From the NCBI GenBank assembly GCA_040218735.1, contig JAVJQW010000023.1, positions 448,001-512,000 on the forward strand: 64,000 nt of DNA, read 5' to 3'. This document shows, piece by piece, positions 45,570 to 55,680 of this stretch (position 1 is the first letter of the stretch; each line of letters starts with the position of its first letter). Both the position numbers and the translations under genes were made by a program. The DNA is from Deltaproteobacteria bacterium (GTDB lineage: Bacteria; Myxococcota; Kuafuiibacteriia; Kuafuiibacteriales; Kuafuiibacteriaceae). The notes beneath the pieces are model-generated. The model had not been told where the DNA came from, searched no databases, and saw only the letters and a program-made list of their open reading frames with translations.

Positions 45570-46631
45570 GTGAACTACCCCCGCATCACGATCCTGTCCC
45601 TCGTCCTCGTCTCGTTGGCGGCTACGGCACACGCGCAGGACGCGCGTGACCGCGCCATCGAGCTGGTCCGAGAGGGCTTCGCCGAAACCCAAGACGGCAA
45701 CTTCGATGAAGCCGAGCGACTCATGGAACGCGCCTACGAGCTGTATCCGCGGCCCGCGATCCTCTTCAACCTCGCGGACCTCCAGGCGCGCCGACCGAAC
45801 AACTGTCGGCGAACGCGAGCGGCGTTCCTCCGGTTCCTCGACGCGTGCGACGGCTGTGAAAACGAAGCCTCGGGGCGCGCGCGCCTCGCGCGCCTCGAGC
45901 GACGGTGCCGCGTCGAAGTCACCGTCACCAGCACCCCTCGCGGCGCCGCCGTCCGCGTCGGCGCGGACTACCGAGGCACGACACCGCTGACCTTCGAGAG
46001 CCTCCCCGGGCTCGTCCCGGTGAAACTCGAGCTCGACGGCTACGAGGAGCTCGAGGAGACGTTGACCGTCGTGGAAGCGTCGCCGCTGCGCGTCGACTTG
46101 TCGCTTCGCGCGCTCGAAAAGGTCGGGACGCTCCGGCTGACCAACGTGCGCGACGGCGTCGAGGTCTCGGTCGACGCCCAACCCGTCGGCACCGCCGCGC
46201 TCTCGGGCGTGACCCTCCCGGTCGGGCTCCACCGAGTCGAGCTCACGACACGAACCGGCCGCGGCTACGCCAAGCTCGTCGAGGTCCGTCATGCGTCGCT
46301 GACCGATGTGAACGTCGGCGCCGAGCTCGAGCGCTTCCTCGCCAACGAAGAGACGACCGTCGCTCCCCACGTCGTCTTCTGGACATCCGGCGGCGTCGGC
46401 GTCGCCGCGCTGGGTACCGCGATCGGGTTCGCCGTCGCCCGCAACTCGACGCTGACGAAGCGCGACGCGACGCAGGTCCCGAGTGAGCGCTCGGCGCTCG
46501 CACGAACCGCCGACCGCCAAGGCCTCGTCACGACCGTCGGCTTCGCCACGGCCGGTACCGCCCTCGCCATCGCCACCACCGCCTGGCTCTGGCCGGCGCT
46601 CACCGACGACGGCGCACCCCTCTACTGGTGA
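45570..46631 (+). CDS. TPR + PEGA domain protein
   Basis: AAGGAG RBS then GTG 45570; signal peptide; AYELYPRPAILFNLA; VTSTPRGAAVRV..GTTPL; two C-terminal hydrophobic helices. Confidence 0.85.
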   Translation: MNYPRITILSLVLVSLAATAHAQDARDRAIELVREGFAETQDGNFDEAERLMERAYELYPRPAILFNLADLQARRPNNCRRTRAAFLRFLDACDGCENEASGRARLARLERRCRVEVTVTSTPRGAAVRVGADYRGTTPLTFESLPGLVPVKLELDGYEELEETLTVVEASPLRVDLSLRALEKVGTLRLTNVRDGVEVSVDAQPVGTAALSGVTLPVGLHRVELTTRTGRGYAKLVEVRHASLTDVNVGAELERFLANEETTVAPHVVFWTSGGVGVAALGTAIGFAVARNSTLTKRDATQVPSERSALARTADRQGLVTTVGFATAGTALAIATTAWLWPALTDDGAPLYW

Positions 46632-46642
46632 AGGAGACCATC

Positions 46643-49600
46643 ATGTCGATCCCGAACAACATCTACCGTATCGCGCTCTGCCTCGCGGCCCTCTCGGCGT
46701 GCAGCTCTCCCACGGAGACCATCGAGGGCTTCAGCGCCCCTTCGCTCGGCGGAGGGTTCGGCGCGTGTGTCGAGGACATCCTCGCCCTGCCCGACCGCGC
46801 GCCGACCGTCTGCTTCTACGCGCAAGGTGCCAACTTCCCCGTCGAGTCCTCGGCCGTCGAGGCGTGCAACGACAACGGCTGCGACTTGAAGACCTGGAAC
46901 CTGCGAGAGTCGGCGGACACGCTGCGTCCGCTCGAGGGACCTGCGCACCTCATCCCATTCGCCGACGCCGCGAACGCCCAGGAGCGCTTCCCCGGGCGCG
47001 TCGTCATGTTCTCGGACGGTCCGTGCCCCGCGAGCCCACCGTACGACCCATACGCGCAGACCGAGTGTACCGGGAGCTCCAGCGCCTCCGGACGTGCGTG
47101 CTTCGCGATGATCGCGGTCGAGCTCCAGCTCGGCGCAGAGGGCATCGTCGTCCCGCCGAGCGCGGCCTCCACGTTGATCTACTCACGCCGCTTCCGCGCG
47201 GAGGTCGAGCAGGAGGGCCTCGAGTTCGACGGGATGTGCGACGCGTTCAACGGACGGATCGGCACCGGCGACGCTCCCTCGCGCCGAACGGTACGCTTGG
47301 AGATCACCGGGAGTGGCGCCGGCGCGGTCGCCGCGGAGAACCTCGCGGGGTTCGGCGACTGCATCAAGACCGAAGGCGCCGCGATCACCTGCGAAGCCGA
47401 AGCGGTCTTGGTCGGTTCGTCGATTCGATTCGCGGCGCAACCCGAGTTGCAGTCGACCGTCGCGTGGGGCGGTCCGTGCGCAGACGCGGAAGACGTTTGC
47501 TCGGTCGAGGTCGATTCCGGCCCCGACGCGATCGTCGTCCCCGTTCGGTTCGACCTGAAGCGCTACACACTCACGATCGACATCGCGAGCCAGGACGGCG
47601 ACGGCGCACCGCACCACGTCCCCGGCGCAATCCGCGGCGACATCGCCGACGCGGACGGCGCAGAGATCCTCTGTGAGCTCCCCGTGGGTGACTCTTTGGC
47701 GTCGTGTGCGTTCGAGCTGGAGTTCGGGACGGTCGTACAACTCTCCGCGAACAGCGGGAGCAACTTCGCGCTCGCCAAGACCGTCGAAGCCTGGGGCGGC
47801 GACTGCCCGGACGCCTTCGCCCCGACCTGCGCCCTGCAGGTCGAAGCATCGCGCGTCGCATCCGCGACCTTCGAGTTCGGCGTCTACCCGCTCACCCTCC
47901 TCCCCAGCCACGGCGTCCGCGTGGGGGGAGGTCGAGTGTTCGACGACGACGGACTGATCGACTGCGGCTCCGAGTCGATTGCGAACCCAGAGCGCTGCAC
48001 GCGCGTCGTTCAGGCGGAGGAGCGCGTGCGGCTCCACGCCGACGGTGTCGACGACGACAAGAAGCTCCTCAGCTGGAACGTCAGCGGCGCCCAGATCGTC
48101 GACGGGTGCCTGAACCGCGTCAGCATCGACGGTGAGACGAGCGCGAGCTGTGAGCTCGAGGTGGGAGCCGAGCCCGTCGAGGTCAAACCGATCTACGGCT
48201 ACCGGACGAGTGTATCGGTCCGCGGCGACGGCACGGTGGCGAGCACCCCGGGCTTCGTCGACTGCGCTGCCGGCGAAACGTGCACCGACTTCTTCGAGCA
48301 CGGCGGCGCGCTCACCCTCGCCGCCAACCCCGTCGCGCAGACCGGCGCGCGGTTTCTCCGGTGGACCCACGACACGAACGCGATGGGCACCGAGCGCAGC
48401 CTCGCCCGCACCGCGACCGACGCGCTCGATGTCACCGCCGTGTTCGGTCATCAGCTCGACGTGACGATCGAAGGCGCCCCCGTCTGCGGGAGCGTGACGG
48501 CCACCAGCGACGAGCTCCTCGATGGCACGTTCTCCTGCCCCAGCGGTTGCTCCGGCGCGTTCGCGCATGGCGCACAGATCACGCTCGTCCCGCAGGGCAA
48601 CGCGGACGGTTCATCGTTCACCGGGTGGTCGGGCGACTGCGCCGGGGGCGGTGACTGCGTCGCGACGATGGACGGCTCGCGGTCGATCGGCGCGAGCTTC
48701 TCTTACCCCCTGTCGGTCGAGGTCGCGGCGCCGGCCGGCGAACCGAGCGCGGCGCCAGGGACCGGCGGACGTGTCACGGGCACGAACATCGACTGCCCGT
48801 CGTCGAGCTGCGAAACGTCCTTCCTGTGTGAGCAACCCTCGACGCGCGTACGGCTGACGGCGCTCCCCGCGGTCGACTACGGCGTGGGCACGTGGACGGG
48901 GTGTACGTTGGTCAACCCGGCCAACACCTGCTTCGTCGACATGAACGAGGCGCGCACCTTCAACCAGCGTGTCACGCACACGTTCGAGTGCCAGCGCACG
49001 CTCACCATCGGCGTGAACGGAGGCGGCTCGGTGACACAATGCCCGGGCGGCGGCGGATGTGTGATCACCGACCTCTGCAACGCAACCGTCCTCGTCTCGG
49101 CGACGCCCTCCAACGCGACGACGCCGCAGATCCCGCATTGGTCGCCGGGGTGTCCGCTCGGCGCGCCGAGCTGCAGCGTCGCGCTCGCCGGTCAACACCG
49201 GACGCTGGACGTCACGTTCACCTATCCCCTCTCGGTGACACCTCCCGCGAACGGAACGATCCGAGCCACGACGGCCGGGGTCGACGGCACGATCGACTGC
49301 GGCGCGAGCTGCTCGGCCCACTACCAAGACGGTCTGCCGGTCACGCTCGATGCGATCGCGGACCCGGGGTACCGATTCACCGGGTGGTCCGGCTGCACCG
49401 AGGCCGGCGGGACGGCGACCGCCACGCGCTGTGTGCTCCCGATGAACGCGCCCGTCCAGGGCCTCACCGCGAGCTTCGAGCGCGTTCACACGCTCGCGCT
49501 GACGATGGCCGGCGCGCCGGCGTCGATCGCGCTGTCGGGTGGTCTGGCCTCGTGCACGACGACGACGAACGAGACGACGGTCTGCACGTACATCGTCGCG

Positions 49601-50713
49601 GAGGGGACGTCCGTTACGCTCACGCCGACGCCGTCGCTTCGTTCGGTGATGAACCCGTGGGCCGGGAACTCGGGGTGCACGGGATCGTCGGCGTGCACGG
49701 TGACGATGAACCGCGACGTCACGATCACGGCCAGCTTCCTCTGGGAGCTGTCGGTGCGCTTCGATCTCACCGCGGTGTCGAACGCCTCGCTCCTGAACGG
49801 CGCGTGCGTTCGTAGCCTCACGCCGACCTGCGCCATTCACAGCTGCTTCGGAGGGACCGGTCCCACCGCGCAGCGGACGTGTCATGTGCTCCCGGGGACG
49901 GAGGTCACGTTGGAGGGCACGCCGCCGCCCGGAAGTCCGACCGTCTCCTTCGATCACTATCGGGTCATCGAAACCGGGCAGCGAATCACGGATGCGTCGA
50001 ACCCGTTCGAAATCGATCGGGCGACGATCGTGGAAGCCACCTTCTCCGAAGCGTGGTCGCTCGACCTCGACCTCACCGGCCGCGGAGAGATCACGGGCAA
50101 CGGCGTGACCTGCTCCGACCTGGATCCCACCTGCGTCATCCGCGTGGCGCGGACGCCGGGCACCGTCGATCTCGTGGCGACGCCGAACCCGAGCGGGCTC
50201 GGGTGGACCACCGCGTGGCCGCCGGGGCTGTGCGTCGCGGGGACTGGTATCGGCAACACGTGTCGCGTGCAGCTCACGGCGAACCGCAGCGCGACCGTGC
50301 CGTTCGAGTACCCCGTGTCCTTCGGGCAGGACGTGGTGGCCGGGATCATCCAGACGGCGGGCTGCACGAACTGCCACGCGGGCGGGTCCAGCGCGGCGTC
50401 GGAAAGTGACCTCGTGTTCGCCGGTCGCACGCCGCGACAGATCTACGATCAGGTCGTCGGTGAGAACTGCAACACCGCCAGCGCCTGCGCGACGCTGACG
50501 TCCTGGGTGCGGGGGTGCAGCGGGCACTTCGTCGGCCCCTCGCGCATCAACCCCGCGAGCCCGGTGAACAGCTTGTTCCTGCAGATGCCCGCGAGTCACC
50601 CGACGCCGGCGACCGACCTATGCCCCAACCACGGGAGCACCGTCTTCGCGAGCGGCTCGGCGCACTACAACACGATCCTCGACTGGATCTCCGGCGGCGC
50701 GCCGTTCAACTGA
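46643..50713 (+). CDS. large lipoprotein with InlB-B / bacterial repeats and C-terminal c-type cytochrome domain
   Basis: AAGGAG RBS; lipobox LSAC; repeated GxGxV..C..VTLxA..FxGWxG.C..ASF; CTNCH heme motif then RINPASPVNSL..ILDWISGGA. Confidence 0.8.
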   Translation: MSIPNNIYRIALCLAALSACSSPTETIEGFSAPSLGGGFGACVEDILALPDRAPTVCFYAQGANFPVESSAVEACNDNGCDLKTWNLRESADTLRPLEGPAHLIPFADAANAQERFPGRVVMFSDGPCPASPPYDPYAQTECTGSSSASGRACFAMIAVELQLGAEGIVVPPSAASTLIYSRRFRAEVEQEGLEFDGMCDAFNGRIGTGDAPSRRTVRLEITGSGAGAVAAENLAGFGDCIKTEGAAITCEAEAVLVGSSIRFAAQPELQSTVAWGGPCADAEDVCSVEVDSGPDAIVVPVRFDLKRYTLTIDIASQDGDGAPHHVPGAIRGDIADADGAEILCELPVGDSLASCAFELEFGTVVQLSANSGSNFALAKTVEAWGGDCPDAFAPTCALQVEASRVASATFEFGVYPLTLLPSHGVRVGGGRVFDDDGLIDCGSESIANPERCTRVVQAEERVRLHADGVDDDKKLLSWNVSGAQIVDGCLNRVSIDGETSASCELEVGAEPVEVKPIYGYRTSVSVRGDGTVASTPGFVDCAAGETCTDFFEHGGALTLAANPVAQTGARFLRWTHDTNAMGTERSLARTATDALDVTAVFGHQLDVTIEGAPVCGSVTATSDELLDGTFSCPSGCSGAFAHGAQITLVPQGNADGSSFTGWSGDCAGGGDCVATMDGSRSIGASFSYPLSVEVAAPAGEPSAAPGTGGRVTGTNIDCPSSSCETSFLCEQPSTRVRLTALPAVDYGVGTWTGCTLVNPANTCFVDMNEARTFNQRVTHTFECQRTLTIGVNGGGSVTQCPGGGGCVITDLCNATVLVSATPSNATTPQIPHWSPGCPLGAPSCSVALAGQHRTLDVTFTYPLSVTPPANGTIRATTAGVDGTIDCGASCSAHYQDGLPVTLDAIADPGYRFTGWSGCTEAGGTATATRCVLPMNAPVQGLTASFERVHTLALTMAGAPASIALSGGLASCTTTTNETTVCTYIVAEGTSVTLTPTPSLRSVMNPWAGNSGCTGSSACTVTMNRDVTITASFLWELSVRFDLTAVSNASLLNGACVRSLTPTCAIHSCFGGTGPTAQRTCHVLPGTEVTLEGTPPPGSPTVSFDHYRVIETGQRITDASNPFEIDRATIVEATFSEAWSLDLDLTGRGEITGNGVTCSDLDPTCVIRVARTPGTVDLVATPNPSGLGWTTAWPPGLCVAGTGIGNTCRVQLTANRSATVPFEYPVSFGQDVVAGIIQTAGCTNCHAGGSSAASESDLVFAGRTPRQIYDQVVGENCNTASACATLTSWVRGCSGHFVGPSRINPASPVNSLFLQMPASHPTPATDLCPNHGSTVFASGSAHYNTILDWISGGAPFN

Positions 50714-50725
50714 GGAGCGAAAAAG

Positions 50726-53191
50726 ATGCGACGGCTAAGTTGGGTCGTGCTCGTGTGTGTCGGCTGCGGCACGGGTACCGGCGCGGCGCCCGATGCGACG
50801 GCGCCGCGCGATGCGGGCAGCGTTCGACGAGACGGAGGGGCGCGGGACGGTGGGTCCTCGCGCGACAGCGGCGAACGACACGATGCCGGTACGCGCGACG
50901 CTCACGTCCGCGACGCCGGTGAGCGCGACGGCGGAGTCTTCGTCGACGTGACTCCGCCTCGACTCGTGTCGGAGCCCGACGCGACGTTCGACGTTCGGCG
51001 CGCGCTCGTCTTCGAGTTCGACGAGCCCTTGGATGGCACCACGGTCGGCGCGTCGTCGTTCGTGGTCGCAGGATCCGATGGCACGCTCGACCGCACCGTG
51101 ACGCTGGAGGACGAGGTCCGCGTTCGAATCACGCTCGCCGAGACACCCGTGCTCCCCGCCGATCTCACGGTGACGATCGAACCGCAGGTACGCGACCTCG
51201 CCGGGAACACGTTCGCCGGGAACACACTTCGGATCCACGCGCCGGCGTGGTTGGCGCACGACATCGACGGCCCCGGACCCGGCGACGACGCGCGGGCGTT
51301 CTTCGCAGGGGGCGCCCCTCGCCTCTCGATACGATCGGGCGGCGCCATCCACGTCTACACCCACGACGAAGCTTGGGGCCCACCTCTGCTCCTCACCCAG
51401 AGCGCGACCGGCGGTCCCTGGGTGGCGGTCGAGGGTGACGTCGCGCTGGTGGCGTGGCGCGAAGGCTCCGGCGGTTCCACGACGATCGCGCTACGTCGTT
51501 TCGAGAGCGACGGTTCGGTGAACGCGACGCCGGACCTCGTCGTCGGGACCGCGCTCGTCGTACGCGTCGCGATGGTCGGTGGGGTTCCGATCGTCGCCAC
51601 GTTCGCGGCCGGGGCCGCGCGCATCTGGCGCTTCGACACGACGTGGACGGAGGGCGCTGCACCCGCGACCTTCGACGGGTCCCACCGGCGGTTCGCGCTC
51701 ACGGCGTCCGACGGTCGGCTGTGGTGGGCGGAGCCCGAAGGCGAGACGCTGCGAGCCTGGCAGAGCGACGGAGCGGGGGGTTGGGTTCCGCGCGCCGCGA
51801 TCACCTCGGACGCCGAAGACGTCGCCCTCGCGCCGGGGCCTCACCCTGCGCTCACGTGGACCGTGACGCGCGGCGCGCAAGTCAGCTTGCACACCGCCGT
51901 CCTCGACTCATCATCGCCCGCGATCTCGACGGCCGCGAACCTCGACTTGGGGCGTGCGGCCTCGCGGCTCGCATTCGTCGTCGACGAGCTGGGCCGACCG
52001 CTGCTCGCCTGGTCGGAGGCTTCCGCATCCGGCGTCGACGCGTACCTCGCCGCGTGGGACCAAGGTACGTGGCGGCACCGCCGCGGCGTGATCGAAGGCG
52101 CGGCACGTCACACGGACCGCGTCGTGCTCGCGACGGATCGGTACGGGCGAGTCTTCGTCGGCGCATGGGCGGGAGCCTTCGCGGGGCGCCTCGCCAACAC
52201 CTTCACGTTGGGCGACGGCGGTCGCGTCTCGTCCGCGGGTGCACCGGGCTGTGCCCCGCTGCCGGCCGACGGTCCGGCGTTCCCGACTTCACTCGCAGCC
52301 ACCGGCTGTTTCACCGACCACGGGCTGTCTCCTATAGCGGGGGTTATCGGGTACAGCACGGCGTCGCGACTGTGGTCCGACGCGGCGGTGAAACGCCGGT
52401 GGCTCGCGGTGCCTGCGGGCGCTTCGATCACCTACAACGCGACGCTGGACGCGGCCTGGTCGTTCCCGGTCGGGACCGTGCTGATCAAGGAGTTCGCGTT
52501 CGAGCGCGGCGGAGATCGGAAGGTCGTCGAGACGCGGTTGCTCGCCAAACGCTGCGACAGCGGATGCGCCGAACCGTGGGAAGGCTACAGCTACGTCTGG
52601 GCGGAGGATGGCTCGGGCGCGATGCTCCGTCCCGCCGTCGCGACGACCACCGTGGCGTCGTGGACCGTCGGCGGCGAGACGCTCGAGCACATCTACCCGT
52701 CGCGAGCGGCGTGCCCCACGTGCCACACGCCGCAAGCCGCGCACGTCCTGGGCCTCTCTTCGCTCCAGCTCGACGGGCGGCGGGACTTCGACGGCGTCGT
52801 GGATCAGCAGCTCGACGTGCTGCTCGCGTCGGGGCTCGTGACGGGCGGACCGACGCAGCGCCCCGTCGGCGCCCCACGTCCCGAAGATCCCCATGACGGC
52901 AGCGTCGCCGCACGCGCGCGCGCCTACCTGCACGCGAACTGCGCACACTGCCATCGCCCCGGCGGTCAGAGCACGAACCTCGCGTGGTCGGCGCCGCAGG
53001 TGGCGGGCGGGAACATCTGCAGTCGCGTCGTCCCCGGGGAGCCTGGTGCCTCCCTGATCTGGCGTCGAATGGAGGTGCGCGGGTTCTCGGGCGGTGTCTC
53101 CCAGATGCCACCGCTCGCGACGAACGTCGTGGACCCCGTCGGCGTACAGCTCGTCGGCGCGTGGATCGAACGAATGACGTCTTGCCCGTGA
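50726..53191 (+). CDS. lipoprotein with Ig-like domain and SO2930-like diheme cytochrome c domain
   Basis: Lipobox CVGC; FDEPLD; LWSDAAVKRRW, FPVGTVLIKEF, ETRLL; CPTCH and CAHCH; QMPPL. Confidence 0.85.
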   Translation: MRRLSWVVLVCVGCGTGTGAAPDATAPRDAGSVRRDGGARDGGSSRDSGERHDAGTRDAHVRDAGERDGGVFVDVTPPRLVSEPDATFDVRRALVFEFDEPLDGTTVGASSFVVAGSDGTLDRTVTLEDEVRVRITLAETPVLPADLTVTIEPQVRDLAGNTFAGNTLRIHAPAWLAHDIDGPGPGDDARAFFAGGAPRLSIRSGGAIHVYTHDEAWGPPLLLTQSATGGPWVAVEGDVALVAWREGSGGSTTIALRRFESDGSVNATPDLVVGTALVVRVAMVGGVPIVATFAAGAARIWRFDTTWTEGAAPATFDGSHRRFALTASDGRLWWAEPEGETLRAWQSDGAGGWVPRAAITSDAEDVALAPGPHPALTWTVTRGAQVSLHTAVLDSSSPAISTAANLDLGRAASRLAFVVDELGRPLLAWSEASASGVDAYLAAWDQGTWRHRRGVIEGAARHTDRVVLATDRYGRVFVGAWAGAFAGRLANTFTLGDGGRVSSAGAPGCAPLPADGPAFPTSLAATGCFTDHGLSPIAGVIGYSTASRLWSDAAVKRRWLAVPAGASITYNATLDAAWSFPVGTVLIKEFAFERGGDRKVVETRLLAKRCDSGCAEPWEGYSYVWAEDGSGAMLRPAVATTTVASWTVGGETLEHIYPSRAACPTCHTPQAAHVLGLSSLQLDGRRDFDGVVDQQLDVLLASGLVTGGPTQRPVGAPRPEDPHDGSVAARARAYLHANCAHCHRPGGQSTNLAWSAPQVAGGNICSRVVPGEPGASLIWRRMEVRGFSGGVSQMPPLATNVVDPVGVQLVGAWIERMTSCP

Positions 53192-53218
53192 TCGTTTCGG
53201 TCGGGTCGACGCACTGAA

Positions 53219-54910
53219 ATGAGCAGGATGGGGATGGCCACCCAAGACGCAGGGACGATCGTCGATCCTTCGCCCTTCGAAGCGACGGATCCACGCGTCG
53301 GAATGACGCTCCTCGACGGTCGATTCGAGATCACCGCCTTCATCGCACGGGGCGGGATGGGCGCCGTGTACCGAGCGACCAACCGCGAGGTGGGCAACGA
53401 GGTCGCGGTGAAGGTGCTCGACACCTCGCAGGTCTACGCCGACCCGCAGGAGCTCGAGCGACGCTTCGAGTCCGAGCTCGACACCCTCGCCGAGCTCCGC
53501 GACGTACGCATCCCGAAGGTGATCGCGCGCGGCGCGATGGAGACCGGCGAGCTGTTCATGGTGACGGAGCTCCTCATCGGGCAGACGCTCGAGGACGAGA
53601 TCGCGGAGCGCGGAGCGCTCGGGTCGGAGCGCACGATCCGCATCATGCAGGAGGTCTGCCTCGCGCTCATCGAAGCGCACGCCAGAGCGATCATTCACCG
53701 CGACATCAAACCTGCGAACCTCTTCGTCCAGCGGATCGAAGGAGGCCTCGAGCAGCTCCGGGTGCTCGACTTCGGAATCGCGAAGGTTACACGCGAGGGG
53801 CGCAACATGACGTCCACGGCCGAGGACGGCCGCACGGCGACCATCGGTACGTATCAGTACATGTCGCCGGAGCAGGCGAGCGGGATCGCCGCCGTGCCGC
53901 AGAGTGACCTCTACAGTCTGGGCGTCGTCGCGTATCACTGCCTGGCGGGGCACCCGCTGTTCGTCGGCGATCCCATGCTGCTGATGGAAGCGCACCGGAG
54001 CACGGTCCCGCCTCCCTTCTCGGCGGTGGCGCCGGACGCGGAGATCGATCCGCGCCTCGCGGCGCTCGTCTTCGAGCTACTCGCGAAGTCCCCGGAGGAC
54101 CGGCCCGAATCGGCGCAGAGGGTCTACGAGATCCTCCGGGCGATCGAACGGAGCGAACGCGACACGGTCGAGCGGCGCCCGCGCCGCGCCGCCTGGACAC
54201 TCGCCGCCGCAGCGATGGCGGCGATCGCCGTGGGGGTATTCGTTCAGAAAGGAGCCGAGGTCTCGGAGGGCGAGGTTCGGTGTACGCCCGCCGAACCCGG
54301 CTGTCTCGCGGACGTCGCGATTGCGGCAGCCAAGGCAGGACGCTGTGACGAAGCGACGTCGGGGATCGCGGCGTTCGACTCCGCGTGCGCGGGGACGTGC
54401 GCGCAGGCTCGTGCTTTCGACGCCGGACGCATCGCGATCGCGATCGCGTGCCCGGCTGCAACCCAGGTTGCAGCAACGGGACGCCTCGAGCTGAGCACCC
54501 GACCGGACGACGCGCAGGTCCTGGTCGCGGGTGAGCCCATCGACGGAGCGGTGGAGCTCGCGCCGGGTTCTTACGTCGCCGTCGTGCGACGCCCGGGCTT
54601 CGCGGAGCGCGAGGTTCGTTTCGACGTGCGACCGTGGTCGATCACGCAACTCCAAGTGACGCTGCTGCCGGACTCGGCGGACGATCGATGGGTTCGATAC
54701 GACGACGCGTCGCGGGATGCCGCCGACTTCGAGTCTCTGCGGGCGGCCCTCGAACGCTGCGTCGACGCGCCGCGCTCGGTGTACATCGCGCTGGCGCCCG
54801 GCGAGCCGCCGCGCTACGAACCTCACGATCCGTGTCTCGAGCGTGCGATGCGAAGCAGGGCCTACGCGGGCCCGACGGAGCTCGTACGTGCGGTGGTGGA
54901 GGTTCGATGA
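53219..54910 (+). CDS. serine/threonine protein kinase with TM and PEGA domain
   Basis: RGGMGAVY, VAVKVL, HRDIKPAN, DFGIAK, GTYQYMSPEQ, SDLYSLG. Confidence 0.95.
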   Translation: MSRMGMATQDAGTIVDPSPFEATDPRVGMTLLDGRFEITAFIARGGMGAVYRATNREVGNEVAVKVLDTSQVYADPQELERRFESELDTLAELRDVRIPKVIARGAMETGELFMVTELLIGQTLEDEIAERGALGSERTIRIMQEVCLALIEAHARAIIHRDIKPANLFVQRIEGGLEQLRVLDFGIAKVTREGRNMTSTAEDGRTATIGTYQYMSPEQASGIAAVPQSDLYSLGVVAYHCLAGHPLFVGDPMLLMEAHRSTVPPPFSAVAPDAEIDPRLAALVFELLAKSPEDRPESAQRVYEILRAIERSERDTVERRPRRAAWTLAAAAMAAIAVGVFVQKGAEVSEGEVRCTPAEPGCLADVAIAAAKAGRCDEATSGIAAFDSACAGTCAQARAFDAGRIAIAIACPAATQVAATGRLELSTRPDDAQVLVAGEPIDGAVELAPGSYVAVVRRPGFAEREVRFDVRPWSITQLQVTLLPDSADDRWVRYDDASRDAADFESLRAALERCVDAPRSVYIALAPGEPPRYEPHDPCLERAMRSRAYAGPTELVRAVVEVR

Positions 54911-55599
54911 TGGGCGGCTGGGTTCGAGCGACGTTCCTGTTGGCCTGCGTGGCGTGCGCGCCGGACGCGATCCCCACCGCGCCGCCTCGCCCTCCTCCGG
55001 AGGGTTTCGTTCGGCTCCCGGATCGATCGCATCAGGCGGCCTTCGAGCTCGTCGATAAAAAAGAGCACCTCGCCTTCGCGCGTCTGATGCATCGGCTGGA
55101 TCCCGAGCACCCCGCGTACGGGTACAACGCCGCCGCGGCTGCGCTCGCCGGTGGCCACTGCGAAGAGACCGCGTGGTTGCTCCGGGCCGCAGAGCGAAAG
55201 TGCGCGTCCGGGTGCCGCCTCCGCGAGCACATTCGGAAGCTGACCGACCGCTACGACACCCGCTGCCGGGGTCGACTCCGCGTCCGCGTCGAACCCAGCG
55301 ACGCCGAAGTGTGGGTCGAAGGTGCACGAGGCGCCCGCCGAACCTCCGGCCGCGACACGCTCGTCCTGGCCCCGGGCTCGTACCGCGTCGTCGCTGCGGC
55401 ACCGGGTCACACGATCGGGGCGACCCAGGTCGAAGTCACGCGGGGCGCCGAGCGAACCGCGACGGTAAGGCTCGCCGCGCTCCGGACGGAGGCCCCTCGC
55501 GTCTCGGTCGCCGCCGCGCGGTCGGAGCCGGCGATCGAAACACCGAAGTCAGAGCCCGAGCGGACCACCGCGCCCGCGGGGATGGTGGAGATCCGGTGA
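54907..55599 (+). CDS. PEGA domain lipoprotein
   Basis: ATGA overlap with the kinase; lipobox CVAC; LRVRVEPSDAEVWVEG..LAPGSY. Confidence 0.75.
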   Translation: MMGGWVRATFLLACVACAPDAIPTAPPRPPPEGFVRLPDRSHQAAFELVDKKEHLAFARLMHRLDPEHPAYGYNAAAAALAGGHCEETAWLLRAAERKCASGCRLREHIRKLTDRYDTRCRGRLRVRVEPSDAEVWVEGARGARRTSGRDTLVLAPGSYRVVAAAPGHTIGATQVEVTRGAERTATVRLAALRTEAPRVSVAAARSEPAIETPKSEPERTTAPAGMVEIR

Positions 55600-55680
55600 T
55601 GAGCCCGGCGCGCTCACGACGGAAGATCCGCTCCAGGCTTGACTGATGAGCGAGAGCTCCATCGCGGGTCTGAGCGCCGT

